From NCBI GenBank assembly GCA_010015585.1, contig ML975149.1: a stretch of DNA of 64,000 bases. One strand, written 5' to 3'. Below are positions 47,408 to 61,278 of this stretch, in pieces (position 1 is the first letter of the stretch; every line of letters begins with the position of its first letter). The notes beneath the pieces are model-generated. The model made no database searches. It was not told the origin of the DNA and saw only the letters and a list, made by a program, of their open reading frames with translations. The DNA comes from Eremomyces bilateralis CBS 781.70. Taxonomy: Eukaryota. The position numbers and the translations under genes are program-made.

Positions 47408-50131
47408 ATGCCCCAACCACTCAGCCACAAGGAAAATACGCTGTTTCGCTCAGTCGTTAAGTTCTACGAAGCGAAACAGTACAAGAAAGGTACTCATCCA
47501 TGTCTTGTTTCTAGGGAAGCGGTACCTAACACCATGCGCAGGCATCAAGGCGTCTGACCAGATTCTCAAGAAGAACCCCAACCATGGTGACACGCAAGCG
47601 ATGCGGGCGCTCATTATGAACGCCCAAGGAAACACTGATGAAGCGTTTGCGCTGGCCAAGACCGCTTTACGCAACGACATGAAGTCGCACATCTGCTGGC
47701 ACGTCTACGGGATCCTCTATCGCGCCGTCAAGAACCTCGAGGAGGCCATCAAGGCGTACAAAGCGGCGCTGCGGCTCGATCCCGAGTCGGCACAGATCCA
47801 GCGAGACCTGGCCTTCCTGCTGGTCCAGGTGCGAGACTACCCGGGATACATCCAGTTGCGGAGGCAGATGCTCCAAGCGCGACCTTCGGCACGACAGAAC
47901 TGGACGGGGCTAGCGGTCGCGCTGCACCTGTCGGGGGATTTGGCCGCCGCAGAGGACATCCTCAATACCTACGAGGGCACGTTGAAGCGAGCGCCGCCGA
48001 AGACGGACCTCGAGCATTCGGAAGCGCTGCTGTATAAGAACACGATCATTGCGGAGCAGGGCGACATCGAGCGGGCGTTGGAGCATCTCGAGAAGATTTT
48101 CAAACACAACCTGGACCGGACGGGCGTAATGGAGCTAAAAGCAAAGTATCTGCTTGAGCTTGGAAGATTGGATGAAGCGAAGAAAGCTTACGAAGAGCTT
48201 TTGGAGCGAAACAACGACTACAGGGACTACTATTTTGGCTTGGAGAAATCATTAGGCCTGGATCGGTCCGACCCAGGGAGCTTAGATGGGTTAAAGCAAA
48301 TGTACAAGACCTATGCAGAGTCGGGCGAACGTGTGGATGCGCCGCAGCGGATACCGCTCGATTTCTTACAAGGTAACTGGTACTTTTTGCTCTGCTTGCG
48401 CAAATCTAACCCCTGTATTCAGGAGACGAATTCCGAGAAGCTGCCGAAGCATACGTGAGGCGATGGCTCGCGAGAGGCATTCCCTCGACATTTGCAAATA
48501 TCAAGGCTCTATACGGAGACGAGACGAAGCGACAAGCGTTCCAAGACATCGTACATAAGTTCACCAGCGAAATCGAGTCGGGAACACAGTCTTCAGTTGA
48601 TGCCGATGCGAAAGCGAAGGGTAGACTGCGATCGGCCATGCTATATTTCATTGCGCAACACTACGACTACCGCCTCACCAGGGATCTCCGGAAGGCGATG
48701 GATTTCATAGACAAGGCGATCGAGCAGGATCCGGAGTTTGTAAATTTGACCATGACAAAGGCACGGATATACAAACACTACGGCGACATCGCCAAGGCGG
48801 CAGAAACGATGAACAGTGCCCGGGAGCTGGACGAGCGAGATCGATATATCAACACGAAATGCGCGAAATATCAATTGCGGAACGACGAGAACGAGAATGC
48901 GCTCACCACCATGAGCAAGTTCACACGCAACGAGACGGTGGGAGGACCATTGGGTGATCTACATGACATGCAGTGCATGTGGTACATCACGGAGGACGGC
49001 GAATCATACCTTCGACAAGGCCACCTGAGTCTCGCTCTGAAGCGTTTTAAAGCCATTTCCGACATTTTCGACGTCTGGGAAGAGGATCAGTTCGACTTCC
49101 ATGGCTTCTCACTACGAAAAGGGCTGATCCGCTCATACATCGACCTCATCCACTGGGAAGATCGGTTGCGTGACCACCCGTTCTACGCCAGTGCCGCCAT
49201 CTCCGCCATCGCCATCTATATCACAATCGCCGACAATCCTCACCTCGCACAGGCGAATGGCGTGCCGAAGGATCTCGACACCATGGATGCAGGGGAGAGG
49301 AAGAAGGCATTGAAGAAGGCCAAAAAAGAACAGGAGAAGTTGGAGGCGGAGCGAGTCGACAGAGAGAAGAAGGCTGCGGCAAAGAAAGCTGGCACGGGAG
49401 GCGATGGTGAGGCAAAGAAGGAGGACACGGATCCGCTAGGATTGAAGTTGGTGCAGACGCCAGAGCCGCTTGAGGAGGCGCAGAAGCTGCTTACCCCACT
49501 ACTTCTATTGACGCCGAAGTCAATGGATGCACAGAATATCGGGTTTGAGGTGTTCATTCGCAAGAGTATGTTTGGCCCTCTTAGCTATACGAACTTGACT
49601 GACATGATCAACAGGGAAATACCTCCTGGCGATGAAGGCGCTTGTGGCAGCCCACAAGCTCGACCCAGAGCATGCGACACTACACGAGCAGCTCATCCGC
49701 ATGCGCAGAACTTGTGAGTCCATGGACGACCATCCGTGTTACTCCTGTGAAAAGCTAACCTGAAAATAGTGGACGACCTACCCGCACCGCTCTCCGCCCC
49801 AACAGCGGCCGTCATGAAAGAAGTGTCCACCATCCTCCCCGCCTCCGACTCCCTCGCATCCTTCAACGACGCCTTCCTCGCGAAACACAAAGACAGCGTC
49901 ACCCACGTGCAGTCGGCGCTGCGCGTCCGGGCCCTCCTCGATCCCACGTCGAAGATGCAGAACGAGAAGGCCCTGGTGGCAACGCTGGAGCTACCGAGCA
50001 TCACGATGAAAGACGCGCAGGGTGCCTTGTCTATTCTATCGGAGTGGAAGTCGGACGCTGTGGTAAGGCAGGGGTATGCTGAGGCGGCTAGTAAGAAGTG
50101 GCCGGAGTCGACGGTGTTCTCACCCAAATAA
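47408..50131 (+). CDS. NAT1: N-terminal acetyltransferase A auxiliary subunit (Nat1/Naa15)
   Basis: MPQPLSHKENTLF..KQYKKG, SHICWHVYG, TPRs, KARIYKHYG, DRYINTKCAKY, EDQFDFH; several GT-AG introns. Confidence 0.96.
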
Positions 50132-50297
50132 ATGGATAGGGGTCGGATTCGGATGCATAGTACGGTTGGCTGCACCAGCGATTGTCAATATGCCTGATTT
50201 AGGCGTGTGTTGAAGCATTTAACTGGTATTAAGTGTGAGTACCGGTAGCCAGCATAAAAATCCAAATGCATGCTCTTAAAGCTGTCGACGTGATGCA

Positions 50298-52227
50298 TCA
50301 TCTACGCTTAAGCTCTACGCGTACTTTGGCGACATGTCCATCAATCCACGTCGTCGCCGGTCGACTACTAGGGACGAGCTCCACCTCGCGTTCACCGATC
50401 TCCCGACTCCTTTCATCCTCACTGAGTTCGTCATCCGAAACCATATCGCTCTCCTCACCCTCCGCCTTGTCTTGCCCCTTTACCTCGTACTCTCCCGTCT
50501 CCCAAATGAGCCGCAAACGAACCGGCTCCAGGTTGAACTTCTTCCCGACAATCCCCATCACCGCGTACACAGAGTACCGCTTCGGTATCTCGATCTCCGC
50601 TTTCGATAATCCGCCGCCCTTGACCCCATCGAGCGCCTTTCCCGCGAGGTAAAATTGAAACCGCACTAGCCGCGCTGCCAACGAGTTCGGATTCACAGCC
50701 TCGATCGCCCGATCGACATTCGGCTCCCCATACTCCCCACACAGCGCCGCATAGCGCGGATGGCCCCTTAGGATCGCCGGTTCCGCGCTCTCCGGATTCT
50801 TCGATAGCTCGCGCGCGATGGAGGAGAGGTAGTAGGACTCGGCGTTCAGGCGCTCTTTGGCGGAGATGGTGCTGAAGTTGAGGGACTCGAGGGGGGCAAG
50901 GCGCGCGATGGTGAGCATGTAGCCGTCGTCGGCGTTGAGGATCTTGCCGTCGGCGGAGCGGAGGTCGTCGTAGAGGGGGTTGTGGGCGACGCGGAGGGAG
51001 ATAAGGCCGGGAAAGACGGCTTGGAGCGCGTTGATGAAATCCCATGAGGAGATTAGATTGTAGGATAGGTCAACGTCTGTTAGGGATGGCTGGAAGACCA
51101 GGGGGGATTTCTCGTCCACCGCTTCTACATCAATGCTCGCGATCCGGTTCCGTTTCAAGACCAGCTTTTGTAAATGCGGGAGGCGGCTTAATGGTCGGGC
51201 GTCATCGAGGTTTTGAAGGAGTCCTTCCTCTAGACTTACAACGGTTAATGAGTCTGGTAGGGTCGCATGCGAAAGTTCCCGCAACCGATTACCTCCGCAT
51301 AGTAAATGCTGGAGACGTACAAATGACGATGCAATGGACGCAATCTGGCGATTTTAGAGATCGAAAAATTTGTAGCAAGGACGAACAAACCTGTTGCCAT
51401 GTGAGGAGGCCATATTGGATACTTAACGATCTCAGACCTTCATATACTGGTTTTGACGCCCTATGATCCGCCGTTGCGAGGTTAATATCTCGAAACCGAG
51501 TGCCGCTGTAACTGTGTCAGTCAACTCTCGACCATCGTACCGTCCAACTCACTCTATCCGCAAGCTCCTTAATCTATCCAGCTCCTCGCAAACCGATGTA
51601 ACCTCCGCCCAATCCTCGAACAAATTGCGGCTCAGTTCCAACTCCAAGATCTTCGGACACGTTTCCCTGACCCGTGCGGCACCCTCCACCACCGCCCCTC
51701 CATCCTCCCGTCGTCGAGAAAGCTGACTCACACCCAGTCCGTCGAGGATGACGACCTTCAGTTCGTGGAAATCCGCCAGCTGCTTGCGGATCTTGTCGAA
51801 GCCTATTTCTTCGGCCGCCTTGGTTCCGAAGGTGATGATCTTCGCCTCGGAGTGGCCATGCACAGAAGTGCCGTCGTCGGGGTTGTCGCTGGCGTATTTG
51901 TAGCGTAACGCGTCCAGAAAGTTTCGCGATGGATCGGAGGGACGGTTGGGTCGGACGAACGAGCCCGCCGTTGGCTCGCCGCTTAAGCCTAGGAAGCATG
52001 AGTAATGGGTTCTTTGGCAATTTTATACATTTGAGGGATGCTTTCGGAGTTGTACATTCAAAATATCTAGTGCCATTGTATTCTCCTGAATGCTTCCCTC
52101 GTCCGGGGTCATCCCACTCTACACCTAACCAGTCGCCCCAGGTGCCTCTGACTTGACCGATGTAGCGGACCGTGCATAGGTGACTGTTAAACGACAGTCT
52201 CTTCCCGATATAGGAGTCTGCTGTCAT
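50298..52227 (-). CDS. TBCE: Tubulin-specific chaperone E (CAP-Gly, LRR, ubiquitin-like)
   Basis: TVRYIG..WLGVEWDDPGRGKHSG, GFDKIRKQLA, ELELSRNLF, LRRs and C-terminal LRLIWETGE. Confidence 0.93.
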
Positions 52228-52704
52228 TCCAAGCTCTTTCTGGCGATATCGTCTATGGTCTGTTATGGTAATCGCTTAACTAGCGGAACTTAATCGGGGG
52301 TTTCTAAAGTGCTGGAAAGCTCTGGAGCTCCTGAAATCAAGAGGTCGCCCCGCTTCCTTCGTTGTCAACACCATACGCTGTAGCTCGTGATTGCACTGCA
52401 CAACCACTCCCATATGCACCAGGATTTCTGTTCCGGTTTACGAGGCTCCAGCTGTTGGTAGGTAAGTAATTTAATGCACCTAGCTAAAATTTACCATGCA
52501 TAGGGCGTGCGTCTTACCTTATTGAAATCCAACCAAGAGGTAAACTTCGCTTTCCTGATAACTAATTAGGCCTGTCTTCTAGACTCTGTTAGACCGTAGA
52601 CGGTATCAGTGGAGCTCGTCGGCTTATCTCGTCTGATTTATTTCATCGATTCATTCACATTTCCACATGATGCTGCAATAACTTCTTCGTCAAGCTTTTT
52701 CAAT

Positions 52705-54045
52705 ATGCGGTCACTTCGCTTTCTCGACGTCTTTAGTTTTTCGTTGCTGTTCGGCGCGGTTCTGTCACACCAGCATGGAGAGCCTGGCGAGCAACCAAGT
52801 GTAGAACAATTACACGAGCTGGAAGCAAAATGGGGGAACGATGTAAGGTATCCTTCGGCCCTGAGATAGAATATTGCTAATACGGATAAGTGGGCGTTCT
52901 CGGGAATATCAACCTTTGCCCATCTCCCCCACGTTCGGTGTCTTACTACACCGAGCGAGCCATACGACATAGCGATCATTGGTGTCCCATTTGATACCGC
53001 TGTCAGCTATAGGCCCGGTATAATCGACCCTAGCGGCATTCTGCTATGGCCGTTTGCTACTTAGGCGAAGAGATATTGACGCGATCCAGGCGCCCGCTTC
53101 GGCCCACGAGCCATCCGCGCCGCCTCTGCGCGCCAAACCCCCTTCCGAGGGTTCAACACGCGCGCGAACCTCAACCCGTTCGCCTCCTGGGCCAACATCC
53201 TCGACTGCGGTGACATCCCCGTCACGCCGTTCGACAACGCCCTCGCGCTGCGGCAGATGACCGAAGCCTACGTGGAACTCGGCCTGCACCCTGTCACCCC
53301 GAAGAACCAAGGGTCGTCCACAGCGTACTACCAGAAACCAAAGCTCATCAGCCTAGGTGGCGACCACTCCATCGCGCTCGCCGCCCTGCGTGGCCTGAAA
53401 GCCATCTACGGCGCGCCAGTCGCCGTGGTTCATTTTGACGCGCACCTGGACACGTGGCACCCGGCGAAGTATCCGTCCGCGTGGCTCGACCCAGAGGGCC
53501 CGGACCAGCAGTCGTTCTTCACGCACGGCAGCATGTTCTGGACGGCACGGAACGAGGGGTTGATCGCGAACGGGTCGTCGGTGCACGCAGGGCTGCGGAC
53601 GCGGTTGTCGGGAATCGACGATGAGGATTATCAGGACGATGCGGAGCAGGGGTGGGAGCGCATTTCGACGGACGATATCGATGAGATCGGCGTCAAGGGG
53701 GTGGTGAAGACGATCATGGACCGTGTGGGGACGGAGATGCCGGTGTATTTGAGCGTCGATATCGATGTCATTGATCCGGGTCTCGCTCCTGGGACGGGGA
53801 CTCCTGAGCCCGGTGGTTGGTCGACGAGGGAGTTGATCCAGATCCTTAGGGGGATCGAGGGGCTTAATGTCGTGGGTGCGGATATCGTAGAGGTGAGTCC
53901 GGCGTACGATGGGAGCACGGAGGCGACGGCGTTGGCTGGGGCACAAGTGGCATACGAGATCTTGACCAGCATCGTCAAGCGTGGGTTAATCGAGGGGGGG
54001 AAGACCAAGCAGGCGGGTGGAACGGCTTCTCGCGATGAACTTTGA
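52705..54045 (+). CDS. Agmatinase/guanidinobutyrase-like ureohydrolase with a predicted signal peptide and C-terminal RDEL
   Basis: [68 protein letters not shown]. Hydrophobic N-terminus [21 protein letters not shown]; ends ASRDEL*. Confidence 0.93.
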
Positions 54046-54305
54046 AGGGGGTGAAGGAAGAGAACAGCATAACATAGTGGCCATTATACGACAAACTCTG
54101 AATGTTAAATAACGCCTTAATTTTATAGTCGCATAAACCGAGTTTCTTTGTTCGGAGCAAACGCCAGATACAAGGAGGTAGTGAACCGTTTAAACCACTC
54201 TAACATTTCCAGTCAATGGCTGGTTAGGTAAGTTCCTACTTATTATACCTGTGTACTTCATAGCTATTGATATCATATACCTTATGAGGAAAGCACCATT
54301 GCAGC

Positions 54306-55311
54306 ATGAATGCCTTTGCACCGCATCCACGAGCTCCGTTCGAGGGCTACTATAGGCGCTTTCACCTACCTAGTGGCAACACTCTAGTCCCAACCCTCTG
54401 CAGCGTACGAAAGATAAAGCACAAGACTCACCTCCTCTCTATCACCTACATCCAGAATCCAGGTGTCGACCAAACCATCTGGCAGCGCGAGTTATCCCCT
54501 TCCCAAATCTCCATGACCCCGTCCACAAATGATTACTTCACCTTGACTGTCCCAGAGACCTGCGACATCACCGTTGGGAAATACCCTACCTCCCCCACTC
54601 AAATCTCCCTCCGTACCTCCGACATCACCCTCGAAGCCACCTCAATATCCCGTACCCCATGGGGCGGACCCTTCGACACCCCCCAGGACTGGCTCACCTA
54701 TCTCCCCCTCCCCCTCCACTGGCACGTCCACAGCCTCGGCTCCCCCGTCTCCTTCCAGCTCCAGCTTCCCGGCATCGCCGATGCAGACAGGCAAGGTCAC
54801 GCAATCCTACACCAGGAGAAGAACTGGGGTGTCACGTTTCCCCAGCGGCACGTATGGATTCAGGCGCGCGACGAGACGCATTGGTTCTATTGTGCGGGGG
54901 GAGCATCTTGGGTGTGGAGGCGTTCCTGCTGGGATACTCCGGGGAGAGGGAGCAGGTGAGCTTTCGGCCGACGTTGGCGATGCGGGTCGGTGGGGTGAGT
55001 CCGACGATGGCGGCGACGGTGAGCTGGGAGACGAGGGCAGTCGAGAGGAGGGCGAGGGGGTTATGGAGGAGGCTAGAGGTGGTCGCGACGGCGCCGGAGG
55101 GGTCGTTCGTGGGGCTGACGGCGCCGTTTGCGGAGGGACTAAAGAAGAATTTCGTAGGGGAGAGTTTCTGCGCGAACGTCATTGTGAAGGTGTTTCGACG
55201 GAGATGGATTGGGGGTGGAGGTCGGTCGAGACTCATCGGTTTGTTAGAGCGGCGCTGGAAATCGGCGGAGGCTGGTATCCCCCGGCGGGTTCGGTGGAAG
55301 AGCGGAATTGA
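54306..55311 (+). pseudogene. Tocopherol-cyclase-like (EKNWG) protein gene split over three frames (pseudogene or assembly error)
   Basis: PFEGYY and HQEKNWGVTFPQRHVWIQA. Adding one G in each of the runs 54896-54901 and 55211-55215 restores one ORF: ..CAGGSILGVEAFLLGY..IGGWRSVETHRFVRAALEIGGGWY.. Confidence 0.7.
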
Positions 55312-56011
55312 TATTAGTATGGAGTATAGGATAAGAACTCTGGATTGTGGTCTTGGTATGGGTTAATATGATTAAGCTTCGGTTCCGCCGAGGTGGCGCA
55401 TCTGCTGCAGTGTGCGCATTGGTGGTCGCATTTTTAGTTTTTTACCCCTCATGTTCCTATTTCTTCGTTCTGATATAGTCATCATGATGGTTTACTTGCA
55501 ATGCCTTCTTGAACGACGGAGTTACAGACCACCGTTACAGGACGGTAGTTATTGGTAATTAAAATCCTGAACGGTTGACCCACACAGGGACAATCTCCAG
55601 GATGGATCGGGATGGGCGCCGGCTCCAAATCGTCGCTTGCTCATCTCCAAGACTCGCGTTACTACCCTTGATTAGACTAGACCGTCAGGGTCTCAAGGAC
55701 GATGCAGCATTGCACATGAACAATCCCACGGCGCGTTTCCTCTTCGAGTAGTTCGTACTTCGGAATTTTTCAGTGGAACGAAGCAACCAAATGGGAAGTC
55801 TCGACTCTTCCGGGAACCGGCACGCTTGAGTTAAGGGGACGGGATTCAGGATGGGTCTTCCCCAGCGCCAGTGCAGAGTTTTGTCTCCACTGTTGGGTTC
55901 ATTATTTCACTCCGCATTCTGATCGCGCTGTCGTCTTATGACTTATCGACCTGATATTGATATCTTGACATCCGTCACACAGGGACTACCAGCAATTGGA
56001 CAAACCTGAAC

Positions 56012-57712
56012 ATGGCCGCGGACAGCAAGAGCCAGGTTGAGGATTCGAGTCCAATCGAGGGCACCCCGACCATTGAGCCCAAGGAGGATGTGCTTCCAAA
56101 AGAAACGGCCAAAGGGCTGGACTTCATCATTCGCGATGCCAAAGCCGCTACCGACAAGGAGCGGAAAATGACGTTAATGCAAGGCATCAGGCTGTACCCC
56201 AAAGCCGTGGCGTGGAGCATCCTTATCTCCACCTGCATCGCCATGGAAGGATACGACATCTGTCTGATCAACAACTTCTACGGCTTCCCAGAGTTCAAGA
56301 AAAAGTACGGCGAGCAGTTACCGGATGGAACGTGGGAGATTCCCGCCCGGTGGCAATCGGGACTCAGCAACGGTGCGAACGTCGGCGAGATCATCGGCCT
56401 CTTCATCAACGGCTGGGTGTCCGAGAAATTCGGTTACCGTTATACCGTCATGGCCTGCTTGATCTTGATCATCGGCTTCACTGCCATCTTCTTTACGGCC
56501 CAGACCGTTGTGCATCTCCTCGTGGCGGAGATTCTGTGCGGCATCCCGTGGGGCGTGTTCCAGACTCTGACCATCACCTACGCATCCGAAGTGTGCCCTG
56601 TGCCGCTGCGAGGGTATCTGTCTACCTATGTCAATTTTTGCTGGGGGTTGGGCCAAGTGATTGGGATAGGGGTCATCAAATCGATGCTTTCTCGCACCGA
56701 TGAATGGTCGTACCGGATCCCCTATGCGCTGCAGTGGATGTGGCCAGTGCCGCTCCTGGTCGGGATCTATTTCGCCCCGGAATCTCCCTGGTGGCTGGTC
56801 CGGCAAGGAAAGACGGACAAAGCCAAGGAATCCCTCCTGAGGTTGACCAGCAAGGATCAAGAAACGAACTTTGATGCGGACGAAACGGTCGCGATGATGG
56901 TCCATACGACGGCCCTCGAGGCGAAGATTACCACCGGCGCATCCTATTTCGACTGCTTCCGAGGCGTCGACCGTCGACGAACGGAGATTGTCTGCATGTG
57001 CTGGGCCATCCAAAACTTGAGCGGGAACTCCTTCTCGGGGTATTCGGCCTATTTCATGCAGCAAGCCGGGTTGGATCCGTCTACGTCCTACTCCTTTGCC
57101 TTAGGACAATACGGCATCAACATGGCTGGCGTGTTCAGCGCCTGGTTCTTGATGAGTCGCGGGATCGGACGTCGATCCCTTTATTTCTACGGACTGTGCG
57201 GACTTTTCATCATGCTCTTCGTTCTGGGATTCCTCGGACTCATCCCCGACTCGCACGTACGCGAGCGTTCGCTTGCGACCGGCAGCATGATGATCGGCTG
57301 GGCCATGATCTACCAGTCCACCGTCGGCACGGTGTGTTACTCGCTAGTCTCGGAGCTGTCCACGCGCCGTCTACAAATCAAGACGGTTGTGCTGGGCCGG
57401 AATCTCTACAACGTCGTCGGCATCGTCTGTGCCGTCCTGACCCCCTACATGCTCAACCCCGGCGAATGGGACTGGGGGAACTTTGCAGGATTTTTCTGGG
57501 CAGGGATCTGCTTCCTGTGCATTGTGTACACGTACTTCCGGCTTCCAGAGCCGATGGGCCGGTCGTTTGCCGAATTGGATCTGCTGTTTGAGCAGCGGGT
57601 GCCGGCGCGGAAGTTCAGCAAGACGGACGTCGATGTGTTTGCGGAGAAGGTGGAGGGCAGCGTGATCGAGCATTACGAGGAGGAACAGAGGAGGAACTCG
57701 TTGGTACATTGA
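56012..57712 (+). CDS. General alpha-glucoside/maltose:H+ permease (sugar porter family), intronless
   Basis: MEGYD, WQSGLSNG, YASEVCP, YVNFCW, PYALQWMWP, PESPWWL, LPEPMGRSFAELD. Confidence 0.95.
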   Translation: MAADSKSQVEDSSPIEGTPTIEPKEDVLPKETAKGLDFIIRDAKAATDKERKMTLMQGIRLYPKAVAWSILISTCIAMEGYDICLINNFYGFPEFKKKYGEQLPDGTWEIPARWQSGLSNGANVGEIIGLFINGWVSEKFGYRYTVMACLILIIGFTAIFFTAQTVVHLLVAEILCGIPWGVFQTLTITYASEVCPVPLRGYLSTYVNFCWGLGQVIGIGVIKSMLSRTDEWSYRIPYALQWMWPVPLLVGIYFAPESPWWLVRQGKTDKAKESLLRLTSKDQETNFDADETVAMMVHTTALEAKITTGASYFDCFRGVDRRRTEIVCMCWAIQNLSGNSFSGYSAYFMQQAGLDPSTSYSFALGQYGINMAGVFSAWFLMSRGIGRRSLYFYGLCGLFIMLFVLGFLGLIPDSHVRERSLATGSMMIGWAMIYQSTVGTVCYSLVSELSTRRLQIKTVVLGRNLYNVVGIVCAVLTPYMLNPGEWDWGNFAGFFWAGICFLCIVYTYFRLPEPMGRSFAELDLLFEQRVPARKFSKTDVDVFAEKVEGSVIEHYEEEQRRNSLVH

Positions 57713-58369
57713 GAGCAGGCCAAGTTCCTGTTATGATAGCCTTATGATCATATATATAAATACCTGACAGGCTAATGGGCACCGTCGTTCGATTTTGGTC
57801 GCCTTTCCTAGCATTTGCTAAATCATGGTAGTGTATCAATCCCCTTGTACACAGTGATCGTTGCTGAGTATATGTGACAGTACTTCGTTCGAGGATTAAA
57901 GGCGATCAGAGTTATCAACTACTAATTATATGTGGTGCGATCTCAAGTGCTCAGTCACCTGGGCACTACGGGCAGCACTAATATATGGCGTAACTAATTA
58001 TCACACAGAATGCTTGTGCTACCACAGTAGCATGCATCGTTCAACTAATATACGAAGGACAATGTCCGAGACAGCCCGGGAATGGGGTATACATATGTAA
58101 ATTGTTCCACGCAATTATGTCATAGTCCGTATCCCGACAATTTATTTCTGGCACGCGGTGAATCTGGTTCAGGGATTGATGATGTAGCACAGAGATCTCA
58201 AATCTCAGCAGACACGAAATGAAGTCCGTGCTGGAATGAGTGGATGGTTCTTGGTTCAAATACAACTTTGATGACCCCACTACATCATGATGCATGACAT
58301 CAACTCCTCCTCCGTCTAAGAAACCTCACCTTTCATGCCCCAGAGGCGGATCTCCATGAAGCTCCCAAG

Positions 58370-60533
58370 ATGGTGCTCTCGTGCAGCATCCTCGCCTTTA
58401 TATCTGGCGCTGCACAGCTATACGTCACCGCTGCCAACCCTGTAGGGGAATCGAGAGGCAGTATCCCCATGTCCAGATCCCCATCTACAGCGCGACCGTT
58501 AAAGGGGCGATTCCTACATATCACAGGTACGTATTGTATCTCGCCTCTTCTGTGCGACGTAGCACAATAGTTTGGACCCTGGAATGTTAATTCGCGAGCC
58601 AGATATCCATTTTGATCCGCACTATAAAGTCGGATCGGATATTGGCAGGGACGAGACCTGCCATCACGGCTCCGGCCACGCCGGCTTCTACGGAACCCCG
58701 AAATCCAGCTGCGACACCCCCGAGAACCTCATCAACGCGACATTCGCCTGGATCCAGGAGCACCTGCGCGATGAGGTCGACTTCGTCGTGTGGACCGGCG
58801 ACTCCGCCCGCCACGACAACGACGAGAAGTTCCCGCGCCACCAGAAGCAGATCGTAGCGCAGAACGAGTTCGTCGTAGAGAAGTTCAGGGAGGCGTTCGG
58901 GAAGCCGGAGGATTGGGACGACAATGACTCGACGAACGACTTCCTCGTTCCCATCGTTCCGACGTTCGGGAACAACGATGTGCTGCCGCACAATATCCTT
59001 TTGGAGGGGCCAAATTTTTGGACGGAGCGGTATTTGAAGATTTGGAAGCAGTTCATCCCGGGGGAGCAGAGGCATCAGTTCCAGAGGGGTGGATGGTACT
59101 ATGTGGAGGTCATTCCGGACAAGCTCGCCGTATTTAGCTTGAACACCTTGTACGAGCCGAATTGAGGGGATGCATGTGGTGCAATTCACTAACATCAAGG
59201 CAGGTATTTCTTCGAGTCGAATTCCGCCGTCGATGGCTGTGCCCTACCAACCGAGCCCGGTTACGAGCACTTCGAATGGCTCCGAATACAACTACAATTC
59301 CTCCGCGAGCGGGGCATGAAGGCCATCATCACCGGCCATGTCCCCCCAGCGAGGACCGAGGGCAAGATGTCCTGGGAAGAGACTTGCTGGCAGAAATATG
59401 CGCTGTGGATGCGACAGTACCGTGACGTCATCGTCGGAAGCATGTATGGCCATATGAACATCGACCATTTCATCGTCCAAGATTTCGGAGACCTGCGTAA
59501 AGACACGAAGAAAGGAAAGATGAAGTTGCAGGGCGGAACGGGGTCGCACATCTCGACGGAGGACACGCGGGGACTTGTCGAAATCAGCTCCGCGAGCAGC
59601 TATCTGGTGGAATTGAGGGATCTCTGGGCGAGACTCCCACCACCTTCAAAATTGGGGAAGAGGGCCGTCGAATGGCATGAAGAGAAGTACGAAGACAACG
59701 ATGGTCTCCTTGATCTGAAAGACGACCATTTTGCGGACAGCTATTCTGTTTCGTTGGTTTCGCCGTCCATAATCCCCAAATATTTCCCGACCCTCCGCAT
59801 CATCGAATATAACATCTCCGGCCTGGAAGGGGCTTCGTCCGCCCCTATTTCCCCCATGCGAAGGCCACCAAACGATCTTCAGAACCCGATCCAGAACTCT
59901 AACCCTCGATTGACGTCCCCGATAGACTCGACAGCCCACGAGAGCTTCAAAGACTATCTTAACCAGACGGACTTCGCCATCGCGATGAAAAAGGAAAAGA
60001 AGAAACATCGGAAACACAAGAAAAAGAGCAAGCGATACAAATTCACCATCCCTCACGGTCCTTCTTCAGCCGCCGTCCCTGGCCCTGCGTACTCCCCCCA
60101 GCCTCTCACCCTGCTGGGTTACACCCAATATTTCGCCAACCTTACCCACATCAGCAACGAGCAGGATCATGGTTCGTCAATCGTACCCGAGGAGCACGAT
60201 TCAACAGTCGGACCCGCCTCCTCAAAACCGAAACCCAAGAAGTTCGACTTCCACGTCGAGTACAGTACCCTTGACGATTCAGTCTTCAAGCTTCGAGACA
60301 TGACCGTGCGAAGTTACATCGGCCTCGCGCACCGGATCGGCAGGAAAACCCAAGCCAGTTCTACTGATGGAGACGCCATCGAAAGTTCGATACAGCCTGA
60401 AGGGAACAAGAAGAGGAAAGGGAAGAAGGGCGGGAAGAAAAAGCAGAATGTGACGTGGTTGACATTCGCGAGGCGAGCGTTTGTCGGTACGTCGGATCCC
60501 GAGGAGCTCGAGAACTTGTGTGGGAGCGACTAG
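58370..60533 (+). CDS. PPN1: Endopolyphosphatase (metallophosphoesterase)
   Basis: GRFLHIT|DIHFD, WTGDSARHD, GNND, GHVPPAR, YGHMNIDHF, LLGYTQYFANLT; N-terminal hydrophobic segment; two introns. Confidence 0.93.
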
Positions 60534-61278
60534 AATATTAGATGGAATGATAGACTTTGACGAGCGTTGGTGTCCTGCGAGGATGTCTGTGTCAAAAGAT
60601 ATGGGATCTACCATCTCTACAAATATAATACCCAAATCATATGGATCAGCATCGCATTTGCGATGAGGACAGTAATTAATCAATCCAAAATTATTTATTA
60701 TCCTGGACTATATAATAACAACGGCTGTATAGTGCGCCTGTAGATGTGAAGGTATCATCCATGTCTCTATGATCCAAAACGATCCCTTCCCTCTCCAATG
60801 CAGGCCCGGAAAAACGTGTCGCTGCTTTCGAGACCCTTTCATATGTGCGTCATACCGCCAAAAAAAAGATAGCCAAAAACAAATGCCATTAGATCACAGT
60901 GTGGGAGGAAAACCCCGGATTTCCCCCGACTAGGTAACCCCTATATTGCATTAGAGATCTGAAATAGATCAGGGAGACTCCCAAAAACTCCGAGCAGCTG
61001 CGTGGACTGCATGTGCAAGATAAGGTATGAACCTGAAGATGGTATCAAGTGAAATCACAACCGAAGCTTCCGCGATGCCAAGATTTCGGTGGAGCGCGGA
61101 GGCCCCTACGTTCGCATCGAGATCATACGATGATTCCGTCGTGTTGCCAGTTGCCCTGGAGGCGGACTGGATTGCTTGCTGTGACATCCGACGGGTATCC
61201 CTTGGTTGAATAAAGGTAGGAATGTGCCCTTATGCGATTTGTCGTTTTCGCGGAACGGCGGATCAAGCGCCTAACAAG

